NCBI GenBank assembly: GCA_046347515.1 | Contig: JAXMFZ010000007.1 | Span: forward strand, 49,859-113,858 | Source of the DNA: Gammaproteobacteria bacterium | GTDB taxonomy: Bacteria; Pseudomonadota; Gammaproteobacteria; Competibacterales; Competibacteraceae | Direction of reading: 5' to 3' | DNA length: 64,000 nucleotides | In this document: positions 40,594 to 50,973 of the stretch, in pieces | How the letters are laid out: every line of letters starts with the position of its first letter | How positions within the stretch are numbered: position 1 is the stretch's first letter | The notes under the pieces: model-generated | Database searches by the model: none | What the model was told of the DNA's origin: nothing | The model's input: the letters and a program-made list of their open reading frames with translations, nothing else | Made by a program: the position numbers and the translations under genes

Positions 40594-41088
40594 ATGAGCC
40601 GTGCATTCATTAAAGAACCCGATGGTGACCAGGAAGAAGCGCCACTACTCGAGCGGCCCATCAGCCCGCATCCGAATTACGTGACGCCGCGGGGTCTGAG
40701 CCTGCTCAAAGCCAAGGTCGAGCAGCTTCAGGCCGAGCGGGATGCCATCAAGACCGCGCCAGACCTCGCGGCGCGCAGCCGTCTACCCCAAGTGGAGCGG
40801 GACCTCCGTTACTTTCAACGACGACTGTGGGACGCCATCGAAGTCCATCCGCCCATGTCGTCGGAGACGCCAGAGGTTCGTTTTGGCAGCAGCGTCGAGA
40901 TGGTAGACGCGCAGGGCAGGCGTTATCGCTATCGCCTCGTGGGCGAAGATGAGGCGGACGCGGGACAAGGCCTCATCAGTTGGATATCGCCGCTCGCCAA
41001 AGCGCTCATGGGCAATGGCGTCGGCGCTGAAGTCTACTGGCGGAAACCCAGCGGGGAATTGGCGGTGACGATCGTCAAGATCGATTAA
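40594..41088 (+). CDS. GreA/GreB family transcription elongation factor-like protein
   Basis: The 164-aa ORF has an N-terminal coiled coil (LSLLKAKVEQLQAERDAIK) and a C-terminal FKBP-like domain (RFGSSVEMVDAQGRRYRYRLVGEDEAD...ISWISPLAKALMG). Confidence 0.65.
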   Translation: MSRAFIKEPDGDQEEAPLLERPISPHPNYVTPRGLSLLKAKVEQLQAERDAIKTAPDLAARSRLPQVERDLRYFQRRLWDAIEVHPPMSSETPEVRFGSSVEMVDAQGRRYRYRLVGEDEADAGQGLISWISPLAKALMGNGVGAEVYWRKPSGELAVTIVKID

Positions 41089-41117
41089 GAAGGCATCGAT
41101 TACGCCGAACCGCGATG

Positions 41118-41966
41118 TTACAAGGCGGCGATTTGGTGAGGGTGCGGACGCAGGTCCGTGCTCACGTCGGATTCGTCGAAATCACGCGCTCGGTATCGTA
41201 TTCCGCCTGTTCCTACTCCGCGGCGAGGCGGCAAGCTAGTGATATTGTCAAGACCCAAGAACTCGCCTACGAAAGGGGTAGCGGGGTAGCGGCAGATTTC
41301 CTCGGGCGTGCCGATCTGCTCAATCTGTCCATCATTGAACAGAGCGACGCGATTGGCGATTTCCAACGCTTCATCCTGGTCATGGGTGACAAATATGGTA
41401 GTGACATGAATGTTGGCGTGCAGGCGCCGCAACCATCTCCGTAATTCCTTGCGTACTTTGGCGTCCAGTGCGCCGAAAGGTTCATCGAGCAGCAAAACCT
41501 TGGGTTCGACCGCCAGCGCCCTAGCCAGGGCCACGCGTTGCCGCTGGCCGCCGGAGAGTTGGTGAGGATAGCGTCCGGCAAGCCCGGTGAGCTGAACCAA
41601 TTCGAGCAATTCTTGCACTTTGGTGCGGATCTGGCTTTTTCCAGGCCGGAGGTGACGGGGGCGTACGCGCAGGCCGAACGCGACATTCTCGAAGATCGTC
41701 ATGTGCCGGAACAAAGCATAGTGCTGAAATACAAAGCCCACGCCGCGCTCCCGCGCGGGGCGATAGGTACAATCCTCGCCGTGGAACAGAATAGAACCCG
41801 TATCAGGTGTTTCCAGACCGGCGATACTGCGCAACAAAGTGGTTTTACCGGACCCGGAAGGGCCAAGCAGCGCCACTAATTCACCAGTGTTGAGCTCGAT
41901 GCTGACATCCCGCAGCGCCATGAAACTTCCGAACCGTTTGGAGACTTTGCGTACCTCAATGCTCAT
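41118..41966 (-). CDS. cysA: Sulfate/thiosulfate ABC transporter ATP-binding protein (short; C-terminal regulatory domain apparently truncated)
   Basis: Walker A (GPSGSGKTT), ABC signature (LSGGQRQRV) and Walker B ([11 protein letters not shown]). Only about 40 aa follow the nucleotide-binding domain. Confidence 0.75.
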   Translation of the reverse strand: MSIEVRKVSKRFGSFMALRDVSIELNTGELVALLGPSGSGKTTLLRSIAGLETPDTGSILFHGEDCTYRPARERGVGFVFQHYALFRHMTIFENVAFGLRVRPRHLRPGKSQIRTKVQELLELVQLTGLAGRYPHQLSGGQRQRVALARALAVEPKVLLLDEPFGALDAKVRKELRRWLRRLHANIHVTTIFVTHDQDEALEIANRVALFNDGQIEQIGTPEEICRYPATPFVGEFLGLDNITSLPPRRGVGTGGIRYRARDFDESDVSTDLRPHPHQIAAL

Positions 41967-41969
41967 GGC

Positions 41970-42827
41970 TTACTCCTCGCGGATATGCGAATGAATCAAT
42001 GATTTTAGCGTCAGGGTCAACAACGCCAGCAACGCCAGCAGCGATGCCACCGCGAACGCAGCGGTGAAATTGTATTCGTTATAAAGAATCTCGACATGTA
42101 GCGGCAGGGTATTGGTAAGGCCACGAATATGCCCGGAAACCACCGACACCGCGCCGAATTCACCCATCGCCCGGGCATTGCAGAGCAGCACGCCATACAG
42201 TAGCCCCCATTTGATATTGGGCAGGGTGACGCGCCAAAACGTCTGCCAGCCCGAGGCCCCCAGCACCAGCGCTGCTTCCTCGTCTTCCGTGCCTTGTTGC
42301 TGCATGAGCGGGATCAATTCGCGGGCGATGTAAGGAAAAGTGACAAACACGGTCGCGAGCACGATGCCCGGCACCGCGAAGATGATCTTCAGGTCATGCT
42401 CGGCGAGCCACGGCCCCAACCAGCCTTGGCGGCCGAGCACCAGCACGTAGATGAGCCCGGCGACCACCGGCGAAACCGAGAACGGCAGGTCGATCAGAGT
42501 GGTGAGTATACTCTTGCCGCGAAACTCGAATTTGGCGATGGCCCAGGCGGCGGCCACGCCGAACACCAAGTTGAGGGGCACCGCGATGGCCGCCGTCAAG
42601 AGCGTCAACTGGATAGCCTCCAGGGCGTCCGCCTCGGCGATGGATTCGAGATAAACCGTAAAGCCTTTCCTGAACGCTTCGGCAAAAATTGACACCAGCG
42701 GCACGAACAGGAACAGGGTTAGAAAAGTCAAGGCGAGGACGATCAGCACCCAGCGCAAAAAAAGCGGTTCGCTGCGCGCGATCGTCTGCGCAATGGGAGC
42801 GGGAGTCCGAGTCGTCAAGGCGTTCAT
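41970..42827 (-). CDS. cysW: Sulfate ABC transporter permease
   Basis: The 285-aa ORF has six TM segments and the EAA-like loop motif of CysW. Coupled to cysA. Confidence 0.8.
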   Translation of the reverse strand: MNALTTRTPAPIAQTIARSEPLFLRWVLIVLALTFLTLFLFVPLVSIFAEAFRKGFTVYLESIAEADALEAIQLTLLTAAIAVPLNLVFGVAAAWAIAKFEFRGKSILTTLIDLPFSVSPVVAGLIYVLVLGRQGWLGPWLAEHDLKIIFAVPGIVLATVFVTFPYIARELIPLMQQQGTEDEEAALVLGASGWQTFWRVTLPNIKWGLLYGVLLCNARAMGEFGAVSVVSGHIRGLTNTLPLHVEILYNEYNFTAAFAVASLLALLALLTLTLKSLIHSHIREE

Positions 42828-42834
42828 CGGCGGC

Positions 42835-43692
42835 TCAATAGGCGGGCCGATCGCGCCAGCGCCGCGACCGGATTTGCAGCAAGTTGATCAGCAGCAACAA
42901 CGCAAACGACACCACCAACATGACCACGGCGATAGCGGTAGCGCCAGTATAATCGTATTGCTCCAACTTGGTGATGATCAATAAGGGGGTAATCTCGGAA
43001 ACCATGGGCATATTGCCGGCGATGAAAATCACCGAACCGTATTCGCCGATCGCGCGCGCGAATGCCAACGCAAAACCGGTCAGCAACGCCGGCAGCACGG
43101 CCGGCAGGATCACCCGCGCGAAGGTTTGCCAACGGCTGGCGCCGAGCGTGGCGGCGGCTTCCTCGACCTCGGCTTCCAGGTCTTGCAGCACGGGTTGCAC
43201 GGTACGTACGACGAATGGCAGGCCGATAAAAGTGAGCGCGACCAGCACGCCGAGAGGAGTGTACGCGACCTTGATGCCGAGCGGCTCCAAGAACCGGCCG
43301 ATCCAGCCTTGCGGTGCATATAAACTGGTGAGCGCGATGCCGGCTACCGCAGTGGGGAGCGCGAAGGGTAGATCGACCATTGCGTCCACCAAACGTTTAC
43401 CGCTGAACGAGTAACGCACCAGCACCCAGGCCACGAGCAGGCCGAAGAATGCATTGATCAAGGCCGCCACGAAGGCGGCGCCGAAACTCAGGCGATAGGA
43501 AGCCAATACACGCGGTGTGCTGACCGTCGCCCAGAAGGTGGACCAATCCAGGGTGGCGGTTTTGATGAACGTGGCGGATAGCGGTATCAATACGATGAGA
43601 CTGAGATACAGCACCGCGAATCCCAACGCTAATCGGAAGCCGGGCAGGATGCTAGGCTGCCCGAACCGAAACAGCGAGGAAGTCCTGCTCAT
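42835..43692 (-). CDS. cysT: Sulfate ABC transporter permease
   Basis: Start at [10 protein letters not shown]. Close similarity to CysT/CysU (...[18 protein letters not shown]...). Confidence 0.75.
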   Translation of the reverse strand: MSRTSSLFRFGQPSILPGFRLALGFAVLYLSLIVLIPLSATFIKTATLDWSTFWATVSTPRVLASYRLSFGAAFVAALINAFFGLLVAWVLVRYSFSGKRLVDAMVDLPFALPTAVAGIALTSLYAPQGWIGRFLEPLGIKVAYTPLGVLVALTFIGLPFVVRTVQPVLQDLEAEVEEAAATLGASRWQTFARVILPAVLPALLTGFALAFARAIGEYGSVIFIAGNMPMVSEITPLLIITKLEQYDYTGATAIAVVMLVVSFALLLLINLLQIRSRRWRDRPAY

Positions 43693-43721
43693 GGCGATTG
43701 CATTCATGGCGGCAATCCCAC

Positions 43722-44717
43722 TTATTGACCGGGACGGTAAATTGTATCGAATGTCCCATGATCGGCAAAATGGGTCTGCTGGGCTTTCTGCCAACCCCCG
43801 AATACTTCATCGACGGTAAACAATTCCAAGTGCTGGAATTGGCTGGCGTATTTTGCCGCCGCTGCCGGCAGAACCGGACGATAATAATGCTTACCGATGA
43901 TGTCTTGCCCTTCGGGTGAATAGAGAAATTCCAAATAGGCTTGAGCGACTTTGCTGGTGCCATGCTTGGCGGTTATTTGATCGACCAAAGCGACCGGCGG
44001 CTCAGCCAGTATGCTCACCGAAGGCGTCACGATCTCTACCTTGTCTGGCCCAAGCTCCTTGACGGCCAGGAACGCCTCGTTTTCCCAGTTGATCAGCACA
44101 TCGCCGATGCCGCGTTCGACAAAAGTCGTGGTCGCGCCGCGCGCGCCAGAGTCCAGCACCGGCACATTCCGAAAAAGTCGCGCAACAAAAGCGCGCGCTT
44201 TATCGTCATCGTTAGCGTTGGCCTTGAGCGCGTAACCCCATGCAGCCAAATAATTCCAGCGCGCACCCCCCGAAGTTTTCGGGTTGGGCGTGATCACCGC
44301 AACGCCAGGCTTGGCCAGGTCGCCCCAGTCCTTAATGCCCTTCGGATTGCCCTTACGCACCAGGAATACGATGGTGGAAGTGTAGGGGGAACTGTTGTTC
44401 GGCAAGCGTTTCTCCCAATCCTCGGGAAGCAATTGGGCGCGCTTGGCGATTTCGTCGATGTCATAAGCGAGCGCCAGGGTCACGATATCGGCTTCGAGGC
44501 CGTCGATCACCGCGCGCGCCTGTTTGCCGGAGCCTCCATGCGATTGCTTGATCGTGACTTTTTCTTGGGCGACGTCTTGCCAATATTGGGCGAATGCGGC
44601 GTTGATGTCTTGGTACAGTTCGCGGGTGGGATCGTAGGAAACGTTCAATAAGCTGACGTCGGCGCGCGCTGCCGTCGTGGCTAGCAAGGCGAACAGCAAG
44701 ACAATGATGATTCTCAC
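43722..44717 (-). CDS. sbp: Sulfate/thiosulfate-binding periplasmic protein
   Basis: GTG start; signal peptide ([19 protein letters not shown]) then the Sbp/CysP fold (...[28 protein letters not shown]...). Confidence 0.8.
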   Translation of the reverse strand: MRIIIVLLFALLATTAARADVSLLNVSYDPTRELYQDINAAFAQYWQDVAQEKVTIKQSHGGSGKQARAVIDGLEADIVTLALAYDIDEIAKRAQLLPEDWEKRLPNNSSPYTSTIVFLVRKGNPKGIKDWGDLAKPGVAVITPNPKTSGGARWNYLAAWGYALKANANDDDKARAFVARLFRNVPVLDSGARGATTTFVERGIGDVLINWENEAFLAVKELGPDKVEIVTPSVSILAEPPVALVDQITAKHGTSKVAQAYLEFLYSPEGQDIIGKHYYRPVLPAAAAKYASQFQHLELFTVDEVFGGWQKAQQTHFADHGTFDTIYRPGQ

Positions 44718-44784
44718 ATTAAGCACTGGCCCGGCTCCTCGATATAGTAAAAAGCGGTGTCGTGCATGCCGCCAACGCTTCGGC

Positions 44785-45486
44785 TTAAACCTCGCCAACC
44801 AGCAAAGTCGCCGGACCGCTGAACTCTAGCGGCGGTACATCGCGCAATTGCGCCAGCGTGCTGAGCCAGCGCCGCGCTTCGGGAAGCGAAGCGTTCTCGA
44901 CGATGGCGACCGGTGTTGCCGGCGCTTTGCCGTTGGCGATCAGAGCCGCGGCGATACGCGCCGCCTCATGGCTCGCCATGTATAACACCACGGTATCGGC
45001 GGCCAGCGCGCCGCGCAGCCAGGCATTGGCGGGAGATTCGTCGGCGCCCGCTCTGGGGGTGAGGAAAGCGACGCTGCGGCTCAAACCGCGCCAGGTGAGC
45101 GGGATGCCGAGTTCGGCACTGGCGGCGAGCGCGGCGGTGATGCCGGGCACGACCTCGTAGGCTATCCCCGCCGCGGTCAGCGCCGCGATTTCTTCCTGGG
45201 CGCGCGCAAATAACATGGGGTCACCACCTTTGAGGCGCACCACGGTGGTGTATCGCGCGGCGGCCGCGATCAGGCGTTTGTTGATGAAGCGCTGCGCGGT
45301 GGCGTGACGCCCGCAGCGCTTGCCGACTGCCACGCGCACCGCGCGTTCCGCGAGGGCGAGGGTGTCAGGATGCACCAGCGCATCGAAAAACACGATATCG
45401 GCGCGTTCCAGCAAGCGCGCCGCGCGCAGAGTGAGAAGGTCAGGCGCGCCGGGGCCGGCGCCGACCAGGTAAACCGTGCCGGTCAC
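44785..45486 (-). CDS. cobA: Uroporphyrinogen-III C-methyltransferase (SUMT domain only)
   Basis: The 233-aa ORF has the SUMT signature ([18 protein letters not shown]...[12 protein letters not shown]). No CysG N-terminal dehydrogenase/ferrochelatase domain. Confidence 0.85.
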   Translation of the reverse strand: MTGTVYLVGAGPGAPDLLTLRAARLLERADIVFFDALVHPDTLALAERAVRVAVGKRCGRHATAQRFINKRLIAAAARYTTVVRLKGGDPMLFARAQEEIAALTAAGIAYEVVPGITAALAASAELGIPLTWRGLSRSVAFLTPRAGADESPANAWLRGALAADTVVLYMASHEAARIAAALIANGKAPATPVAIVENASLPEARRWLSTLAQLRDVPPLEFSGPATLLVGEV

Positions 45487-46754
45487 AGGATCATCCCGGC
45501 GCCCACCGTATGATGGGTGGTTTCGTCGATGACGATGAAACTACCGGTCGCGCGGTTGTCGCGGTAGCTATCGGCCACCAGCGGTTGCTGAAGCTTGAGC
45601 GCGATCTGGCCGATATCGTTCAGGCGCATCGTGTCGTGGGCGGGCGCGTGCTCCAGGGTTTGCACATCGATACGATGGCGCACCGCGCTGATGACGGCGC
45701 GCACCGTGCGGGTGGTGTGCTTCACGAGATAGCGCCGCCCTAGGGTCAGCGGTTCGCTGTCCATCCAGCACACCTGCGCTTCCAAGGTTTTCTCGACGCG
45801 CGGCAGTGCGTGATCGTGGACCAGCATGTCACCACGCGAGATGTCGAGTTCGTCCTCCAATACCAACGTCACGGGTTGCCCGGCATGCGCCAATTCCAGG
45901 CGCCCATCGTGGGTGATGATCTCTTTGATCCGGCTGGATAAGCCAGAGGGTAACGCGGTGACCACATCGCCGACGCAGACATGGCCGGATTCGACGCGCC
46001 CGACATAGCCGCGCAGCGCGCCTTGCAAGTGCGGCAACGGGCGACTGATGAGTTGCACCGGAAAACGAAAACTGCTCGCTTCCGCCGAAGGAATGGGTAC
46101 GTTCTCCAGCCATTCCAGCAACGTGGGGCCTTGATACCAGCCCAGATTCGTACCGCGTTCGACCACCATGTCGCCGTGCAGCGCCGCCATTGGTACGAAG
46201 CGAATATCGGCTACGCCCAGGCGCGCGCAAAACGCCGCGAATTCTTCGTGGATGCGCGCGAATGCCGCTTGCGAATATTCCACCAAGTCCATCTTATTGA
46301 CCGCCACCACGAGCTGGCGGATGCCGAGCAGGTGGACGATCAGTGCATGGCGGCGTGCCTGCGGCGAAACACCTTTGCTGGCGTCGAGCAACACGATGGC
46401 GAGTTGCGCGGTGGACGCGCCGGTGACCATGTTGCGGGTGTACTGCTCGTGGCCGGGGCAATCGGCAATGATGAATTTGCGCTTAGGGGTGGCGAAGTAA
46501 CGATAGGCAACATCGATGGTGATCCCCTGCTCGCGCTCGGCGCTCAGGCCGTCGGTGAGCAGGGCGAGGTCGATCCCCGCGCCGCCACGCCGTTCGGTAC
46601 TGCGCCGGATGGCGTGCAACTGGTCGTCGTAGGTGGATTTCGAATCGTATAGCAATCGCCCGATCAGAGTGCTTTTGCCGTCGTCCACGCTGCCACAGGT
46701 GATGAAGCGCAACAGGTCGCCGTTGACCGGCGGGCTCAGGATCGCCATGTTCAT
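45483..46754 (-). CDS. cysN: Sulfate adenylyltransferase subunit 1 (GTPase)
   Basis: GTPase G1 (CGSVDDGKST), DCPGH and NKMD motifs. 423 aa, so no fused APS kinase domain. Confidence 0.9.
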   Translation of the reverse strand: MNMAILSPPVNGDLLRFITCGSVDDGKSTLIGRLLYDSKSTYDDQLHAIRRSTERRGGAGIDLALLTDGLSAEREQGITIDVAYRYFATPKRKFIIADCPGHEQYTRNMVTGASTAQLAIVLLDASKGVSPQARRHALIVHLLGIRQLVVAVNKMDLVEYSQAAFARIHEEFAAFCARLGVADIRFVPMAALHGDMVVERGTNLGWYQGPTLLEWLENVPIPSAEASSFRFPVQLISRPLPHLQGALRGYVGRVESGHVCVGDVVTALPSGLSSRIKEIITHDGRLELAHAGQPVTLVLEDELDISRGDMLVHDHALPRVEKTLEAQVCWMDSEPLTLGRRYLVKHTTRTVRAVISAVRHRIDVQTLEHAPAHDTMRLNDIGQIALKLQQPLVADSYRDNRATGSFIVIDETTHHTVGAGMIL

Positions 46755-47761
46755 CAGAAATAACCCTCTTTCTTGCGTAGCTCCATCGAGGCTTCGGTGG
46801 TGTGGTCGTCCAGGCGCGTCGCGCCGCGTTCACTGATGCGGGTGGTGATGGTTTCGCGCAGAATGGCGGCGATGTCGCGTGCTTCCGAAGCGACCGCCGC
46901 CGTGCAGGTGATGTCGCCCACGGTGCGAAACCGCACCGAGCGTTCCTCGACCCATTCGCCCTCGCGCGCTGGGGTGAGGGGAGTGACTGGCACCAGCGCC
47001 TGGCCGCGGTTGACCACCGGGCGCTGGTGGGCAAAGTAGATCGACGGCAATGGCAAGCGCTCGCGGGCGATGTATTGCCAGACGTCGAGTTCGGTCCAGT
47101 TGCTGATCGGAAACACCCGCAGATGCTCGCCGGGGTGGACGCGGGTGTTGTAGAGGCTCCACAGCTCGGGGCGCTGATTTTTGGGGTCCCACTGGCCGAA
47201 CTCGTCGCGCAGCGAAAACATGCGCTCCTTGGCGCGCGCTTTTTCCTCGTCGCGGCGCGCGCCGCCGAAGCAAGCGTCGAAACCGAATTCCTGGATCGCG
47301 TCCAGAAGCGTCACGCTCTGGTGAGCATTGCGGCTCTCGTCCGGGCGGCGCAGCCGCACCCGGCCGCGGGCGATGGAGTCTTCGACCGAACGCACGATCA
47401 GGCGCTCGCCGAGTTCAGCGGCGCGGGCATCGCGGAACTGGATGACTTCCGGATAGTTATGGCCGGTGTCGATGTGCAGGAGCGGAAACGGGAAACGTCC
47501 TGGGCGGAATGCTTTTTCGGCGAGCCTCAGCAGCACCACCGAATCCTTGCCGCCGGAAAAAAACAGCACCGGATTGGCGCATTCCGCCACCACTTCACGC
47601 ATGATGTGGATGGCTTCCGATTCCAACCAATCGAGGTGGGAGAAGGGGGCGGGGGCCAGATGATCGTCCACCGTGCTGGCGCCGGCGCGACTGTCCAGTG
47701 GGTAGTCTGCCGGCGTGGAATGTAGGGCGAATGCGGCGTTCATGGCGTAGTCGAGGGTCAA
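46754..47761 (-). CDS. cysD: Sulfate adenylyltransferase subunit 2
   Basis: PAPS-reductase-fold ATP pyrophosphatase motif (FSGGKDS) and ...HIDTGHNYPE... Overlaps cysN by 1 nt. Confidence 0.9.
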   Translation of the reverse strand: MTLDYAMNAAFALHSTPADYPLDSRAGASTVDDHLAPAPFSHLDWLESEAIHIMREVVAECANPVLFFSGGKDSVVLLRLAEKAFRPGRFPFPLLHIDTGHNYPEVIQFRDARAAELGERLIVRSVEDSIARGRVRLRRPDESRNAHQSVTLLDAIQEFGFDACFGGARRDEEKARAKERMFSLRDEFGQWDPKNQRPELWSLYNTRVHPGEHLRVFPISNWTELDVWQYIARERLPLPSIYFAHQRPVVNRGQALVPVTPLTPAREGEWVEERSVRFRTVGDITCTAAVASEARDIAAILRETITTRISERGATRLDDHTTEASMELRKKEGYF

Positions 47762-48474
47762 GATGGAACCATTGCGATATTGTTAACCGAATTTTGCGCG
47801 GCGACGTGCAGGCCGCATTCCTTGTGGGTTTCACCCTCCCACCACCAGCGTCCGGCGCGGCTATGGTCGCCGGCCTGAACGGCGCGCGTGCAAGGGGTGC
47901 AGCCTATGCTGGGGTAGTTCTTATCATGGAGCGCGTTATAGGGCACCGCATAAGTCCGGATATAAATCCACACCTCGGCCTCGCTCCAAGTCGCCAAGGG
48001 GTTGAATTTGTGCAGGCCATGGTCAGGGTCGTAGGCAGACTCGCTCACCGCTTGGCGTGACAGGGCTTGCTCCTGGCGCAGCCCGGTGATCCAGGCTTTC
48101 TTGCCAGCCAGCGCGCGTTGCAATGGCTCGACCTTGCGCACCTGGCAGCATTCCTTGCGCTGCACGATGCTGTCGTAAAAGCCATTGATGCCATTCAGCT
48201 TGACGTAGTGTTCCACCGCTTCCGTACGCGGGAAATAAATCTTGATCCGGCGCCGGTAGTGCTCGCTGGCGCGCTGCATGAGTTCGTAGGTTTCCTGCGG
48301 CAGGCGGCCAGTGTCCAGGGTAAAGATCTCGATGCCGCGAAAATGCTGGGCGATGAGGTCGGTGAGCACCATGTCCTCGGCACCGAAGCTATTGGCGAAC
48401 GCCGCCGGGGCGTAGTCGCGTTCGATGGCGCCGAGCAGAGCCTTGGTCTTGCTGATTTTGTCATTCAAATCCAT
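47758..48474 (-). CDS. cysH: Adenylyl-sulfate (APS/PAPS) reductase, Cys-cluster type
   Basis: The 238-aa ORF has the C-terminal CC...C pair and the ECGLH motif typical of Fe-S APS reductases. Confidence 0.85.
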   Translation of the reverse strand: MDLNDKISKTKALLGAIERDYAPAAFANSFGAEDMVLTDLIAQHFRGIEIFTLDTGRLPQETYELMQRASEHYRRRIKIYFPRTEAVEHYVKLNGINGFYDSIVQRKECCQVRKVEPLQRALAGKKAWITGLRQEQALSRQAVSESAYDPDHGLHKFNPLATWSEAEVWIYIRTYAVPYNALHDKNYPSIGCTPCTRAVQAGDHSRAGRWWWEGETHKECGLHVAAQNSVNNIAMVPS

Positions 48475-48485
48475 GACATGAATTC

Positions 48486-48992
48486 CTATGCCAGACGTCG
48501 GCGGAACAAGGGTAACGGCTCGTTGACCGTGGCTTGATAAGCGTCGCTGAAATCGGCGAAAGCGCGCAGCGCAACCGCGCTGTCTTGGTCGGCGCGCAGC
48601 ACCATGGCGTCGAAGCCGCAGCGCTGCAGAAATTGCATCTGGTCGGGAAGGATGTCGCCAATCGCGCGCAGTTCTCCGCCATAGCCATGGCGTTCGCGCA
48701 GCAAGCGCCCGATCGAGTAGCCGCGACCATCGGCGAATTTCGGGAAATTGACGGCAATCACCGCGAAATGGCTGAGATCGGCGGCGATATCGCTCGGTTC
48801 TTGGTGATTATCCAGCCATACGCCCAAGCCGCCGTCGCGCGCCAGCAGCGCCGCGCGCGCGCTTTGCCACAGTGCGAGCGGCACGATCGCGTCGCCCGCG
48901 GGCGGCAAGGCAGGCAGTGCGCCGTCGGCGCCCGGCTTAAGCAACAGCCAGGGGTCGGGCACTACGCGCCGATTTTTGATGAGAATTGCCAT
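48486..48992 (-). CDS. DUF934 family protein
   Basis: The 168-aa ORF is a conserved partner of assimilatory sulfite reductase operons. Confidence 0.65.
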   Translation of the reverse strand: MAILIKNRRVVPDPWLLLKPGADGALPALPPAGDAIVPLALWQSARAALLARDGGLGVWLDNHQEPSDIAADLSHFAVIAVNFPKFADGRGYSIGRLLRERHGYGGELRAIGDILPDQMQFLQRCGFDAMVLRADQDSAVALRAFADFSDAYQATVNEPLPLFRRRLA

Positions 48993-50646
48993 ACACTTGT
49001 TCCTTGAAGGGTTCGATGCCGAGGCGCTGCACGACGTCGACGAAACGTTCGGCTTCGCTGTCGCGGCGGGCGAGATAGGCCGAGATCAATTGCTCGATGA
49101 CGTCGGGGATTTCCTCTTGCGCCACCGAGCGGCCAATCACCTGGCCGAGCGCGGCGTGCCCGCCCTGCGAGCCGCCGATGGTGATCTGATAGAACTCCTG
49201 ACCCTGCTTGTCGACGCCGAGAATGCCGATGTGGCCGACATGATGGTGGCCGCAGGCGTTCATACAGCCGGAGATATTGAGGTCGAGTTCGCCGATGTCG
49301 TAAAGGTAGTCGAGGTCGTCGAAACGGCGCTGGATCGCTTCCGCGACCGGAATCGAGCGGGCGTTGGCGAGCGCGCAGAAATCGCCGCCGGGGCAGGCGA
49401 TGATATTGGTGAGCAGGCCGAGGTTCGGGGTGGCGAGGCCGAGCGCCTTGGCCTGTTCCCAGACCGCGAACAAATCCGCGTGGCGGACGTCGGCGAGGAT
49501 CAAGTTCTGCTCGTGGCTCACGCGCAGTTCGCCGAAGCTATAGCGATCGGCGAGGTCGGCGATGGCGTCCATGTGATCGGCGGTCACATCGCCCGGCGGC
49601 ACGCCGGTTTTTTTCAGCGACAGCGTGACGCTTGCGTAGCCCGGCACTTTGTGAGCGCGGACATTGCGCCCGAACCAGCGCTGGAAGGCTGGGTTGGCGG
49701 CCAGCGCGGCATCGAGTTCCGGGCTGGCGGCGGGTAGCGCGGCGTAAGCTGGATGGGTAAAGCGCGCTCCCAGGCTTGCGATTTCCTCGGCGGTGAGCGT
49801 CGAGGGGCCGTCCTTGAGGTGTGCCCATTCGGCCTCGACCTGATCGCGGAAGGCCTGGAAGCCGCGCTCCTTGATCAGGATTTTGATGCGCGCCTTGTGG
49901 ATATTGTCGCGCCGGCCGTAGCGGTTATAGATGCGCAGGATGGCGTCGAGGTAGGTGAGGAGGTGCCGCCATGGCAGGAACTCGCGAATCACCGAGCCGA
50001 TGTAGGGCGCGCGCCCGAGGCCGCCACCCACCAAGATACGGAAGCCGATTTCGCCATCGGCATTGCGCTGTGCGTGGATGCCGATATCGTGTACTTGCGT
50101 GGCCGCGCGGTCTTCCACGGCGCCGTTCACCGCGATCTTGAACTTGCGCGGTAGATAGCTGAATTCCGGGCTGAATGTGGACCATTGGCGCAGCAGTTCG
50201 CACCAGACCAGCGGGTTTACGATTTCATCGGGGGCAACGCCGGCGAACTGGTCGGTGGTGATGTTGCGCACGCAGTTGCCGCTGGTCTGAATGGCATGCA
50301 TTTGCACGGTTGCCAGTTCCGCGAGCATCTCCGGCACGTCTTCGAGTTTCGGCCAGTTGAGCTGCAAGTTCTGGCGCGTCGTGAAATGGCCGTAGCCGCG
50401 GTCGTAGGTGCGCGCCAGGTAGGCGAGCTTGCGCAGCTGATGCGTCGCCAGCATGCCGTAGGGAATGGCGATGCGTAGCATCGGCGCGTGGCGCTGGATA
50501 TAGAGCCCATTGCGCAGGCGCAGATGGCGGAAGTCGTCTTCGGTCAGTTGACCGGCCAGGAAACGCCGGGTCTGGTCGCGGAACTGCGCGACCCGCTCAT
50601 CCACCAACGTTTGATCGATGCTATCGTATTGATACATGGCGTTCAC
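48937..50646 (-). CDS. cysI: Assimilatory sulfite reductase hemoprotein (ferredoxin-type nitrite/sulfite reductase family)
   Basis: The 569-aa ORF has siroheme/Fe-S binding Cys clusters (...ACPGGDFCALA..., ...GCMNACGHH...). The 3' end overlaps the DUF934 gene by 56 nt. Confidence 0.85.
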   Translation of the reverse strand: MNAMYQYDSIDQTLVDERVAQFRDQTRRFLAGQLTEDDFRHLRLRNGLYIQRHAPMLRIAIPYGMLATHQLRKLAYLARTYDRGYGHFTTRQNLQLNWPKLEDVPEMLAELATVQMHAIQTSGNCVRNITTDQFAGVAPDEIVNPLVWCELLRQWSTFSPEFSYLPRKFKIAVNGAVEDRAATQVHDIGIHAQRNADGEIGFRILVGGGLGRAPYIGSVIREFLPWRHLLTYLDAILRIYNRYGRRDNIHKARIKILIKERGFQAFRDQVEAEWAHLKDGPSTLTAEEIASLGARFTHPAYAALPAASPELDAALAANPAFQRWFGRNVRAHKVPGYASVTLSLKKTGVPPGDVTADHMDAIADLADRYSFGELRVSHEQNLILADVRHADLFAVWEQAKALGLATPNLGLLTNIIACPGGDFCALANARSIPVAEAIQRRFDDLDYLYDIGELDLNISGCMNACGHHHVGHIGILGVDKQGQEFYQITIGGSQGGHAALGQVIGRSVAQEEIPDVIEQLISAYLARRDSEAERFVDVVQRLGIEPFKEQVYGNSHQKSARSARPLAVA

Positions 50647-50973
50647 CGGCCCTCATGGGCATGTTCTTCCTTCAGAACGAAATGCTTGCAAGCCGCTTTC
50701 AGCGCCCGAAGAATGACCGTCTAGCATCTTCTGGGAGCCATATGAAGCGAGTCTATCAGGTTCGTTTTCAAGCGTTTACCCTGGTCTTCGTTCTATATAA
50801 AAAACGATATGTATTTTATGGCATACAAAGGGGTAGATGTCAATCATCGCGCGCCGCTTCCCCGCGCAATCGCGCTTTGCGCTGGCCGCACGGATAACGA
50901 GGTTTTCCTAACTTCCAGGGCTACGCTGGGCTATTATTAACGGTACGATAAATCAGACTCGGCGAGGGAGTCC

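Noticed and set aside
35034-41100. Genomic island integrated at the tRNA gene
   Set aside because: There is no integrase, no direct repeat of the tRNA 3' end, and no phage or conjugation genes. The downstream genes look like native envelope or metabolic functions.
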